From Spirochaetota bacterium (lineage in GTDB: Bacteria > Spirochaetota > UBA4802 > JAFGDQ01): a stretch of 64,000 nt of DNA. The position numbers and the translations under genes were made by a program. The stretch lies in contig JAZDKB010000018.1 in assembly GCA_043803405.1 (NCBI GenBank), positions 229,935 through 293,934 on the forward strand, in the 5' to 3' direction. This document shows positions 62,936 to 64,000 of this stretch, in pieces. Numbering within the stretch: the first letter of the stretch is position 1; every line of letters starts with the position of its first letter. The notes under the pieces are model-generated. The model saw nothing but the letters and a program-made list of their open reading frames with translations, was not told the origin of the DNA and ran no database searches.

Positions 62936-64000
62936 ATGGATAGAAGGATAAGTGAGAACGTATTAAAAGATCAAGAAATTTTTGTAGGACTTGAGGATTC
63001 AAAACTAAGCTGGAAATTATGTGTAAGGAGCGGAGGCATAATAGTACACGAGACAAGTATGCCGGCAAAATATGATATATTACGCGGATATTTTCAGAAT
63101 AAGTTTCCTGGCTGTAAGATAAAAGTAATATACGAAGCCGGATTTAGAGGATTTGGACTTCACGACAAATTAGAGACGGACGGATGGGATTGCATTGTGA
63201 CGCCGCCTCATACGGTAACGGAGGAAAAGTGCCAAAGCCAAAAGAATGACAGGATCGACAGCAGGAGACTTGCAAAGAATCTTGAGAATAAAGATTACGG
63301 AAGTTGTAATATACCTGAGAAAGAACTGCGAGAAAATAGACAGATATCCCGTATGTATGAGCAGATAAAAAAAGATATAATAAGAGAAAATAACAGGATA
63401 CGCAGACTATTAGAATTTCATGGACTAGATGAAGATTTGAAATCAGGGGTATGGAATCAAAGCGATTATAAATTATTAAAAGAAAATCTTGATAGGATGA
63501 AATTATCACCATCAATATACTTTTCCTTAAAAGTATTGCTGGATAAGCTTTTCTATTTATGGGAAACAAGAAAGACAGTAATAAAACAATTAAGAGAATT
63601 GGCAAAAAGTGAGAAATATAGAAAAAATACGAACTTATTAAAAAGTGTCCCGGGCATAGGACCATTAACAGCAATAAGGCTTGTGTTGGAATGGGGAGAT
63701 TTAAAACGATTTAAAAGGAAAGAGGAATTTTCAAAGTTTCTAGGATTGATACCAAGGGAATACTCGTCTGGGAATACTGATCACAAAGGACATATTACCA
63801 AACAAGGGACACGTAGTGTTCGTGGCTGGCTTATAGAATGTTCATGGGTTGCAATAAGGCATGATCCGGCGTTATTAGATAAATTTAACAGAGTAGTTAA
63901 GAACTGTGGCAGTAAAAAGAAAGCCATTGTTGCTGTAGCCAGAAAGCTGGCATTAAGGATAAGAGCAGTTCTTCTTTCTCGTGAAGAATATATAATTGGT
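62936..64000 (+). mobile_element. Second IS110-family transposase (3' end outside window)
   Basis: AGGAGG SD; open frame to window edge: VGLEDSK, YEAGF, KNDRIDS, VPGIGPLTA, EYSSG, AIVAVARKLA; absent from ORF track. Confidence 0.9.

Noticed and set aside
63144..63674. 176-aa minus-strand ORF
   Set aside because: Antisense to the second IS110 transposase.

Overview
Low-GC bacterial chromosomal window. Several proteins resemble Leptospira-like spirochaete families, so the host is probably Spirochaetota (inference). About 1-34 kb is mostly housekeeping: hrcA-grpE-dnaK-dnaJ with a perfect CIRCE, a radical SAM fusion, ino1, TetR-TolC-RND, manC, psd, rluD, a ClpX-like ATPase, dapA-dapB, two tRNA-Leu, tmRNA (tag ADNSLPLAA) and znuACB-kdsA. 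About 34-41 kb holds a REP-associated tyrosine transposase with its REPs, srkA, higBA, an NYN protein, small ORFs, rsmE and prfC. About 41-57 kb is a signalling island. Its most notable part is a tightly coupled three-gene operon: corrinoid protein, MtaA/URO-D-like protein with altered Zn ligands, and a DUF1638-like-GGDEF diguanylate cyclase. It lies divergent from a MEDS-PAS sensor, a solute-binding protein and a hybrid kinase, and is a candidate cobalamin/methyl-sensing c-di-GMP system. About 57-64 kb has decaying toxin-antitoxin modules and two IS110-family elements; one has mappable ends and a readable bridge/seekRNA-like 3' region. Three otherwise intact genes within about 5 kb each carry a single in-frame TAG. 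All family assignments come from motif recognition by eye; no database searches were run.
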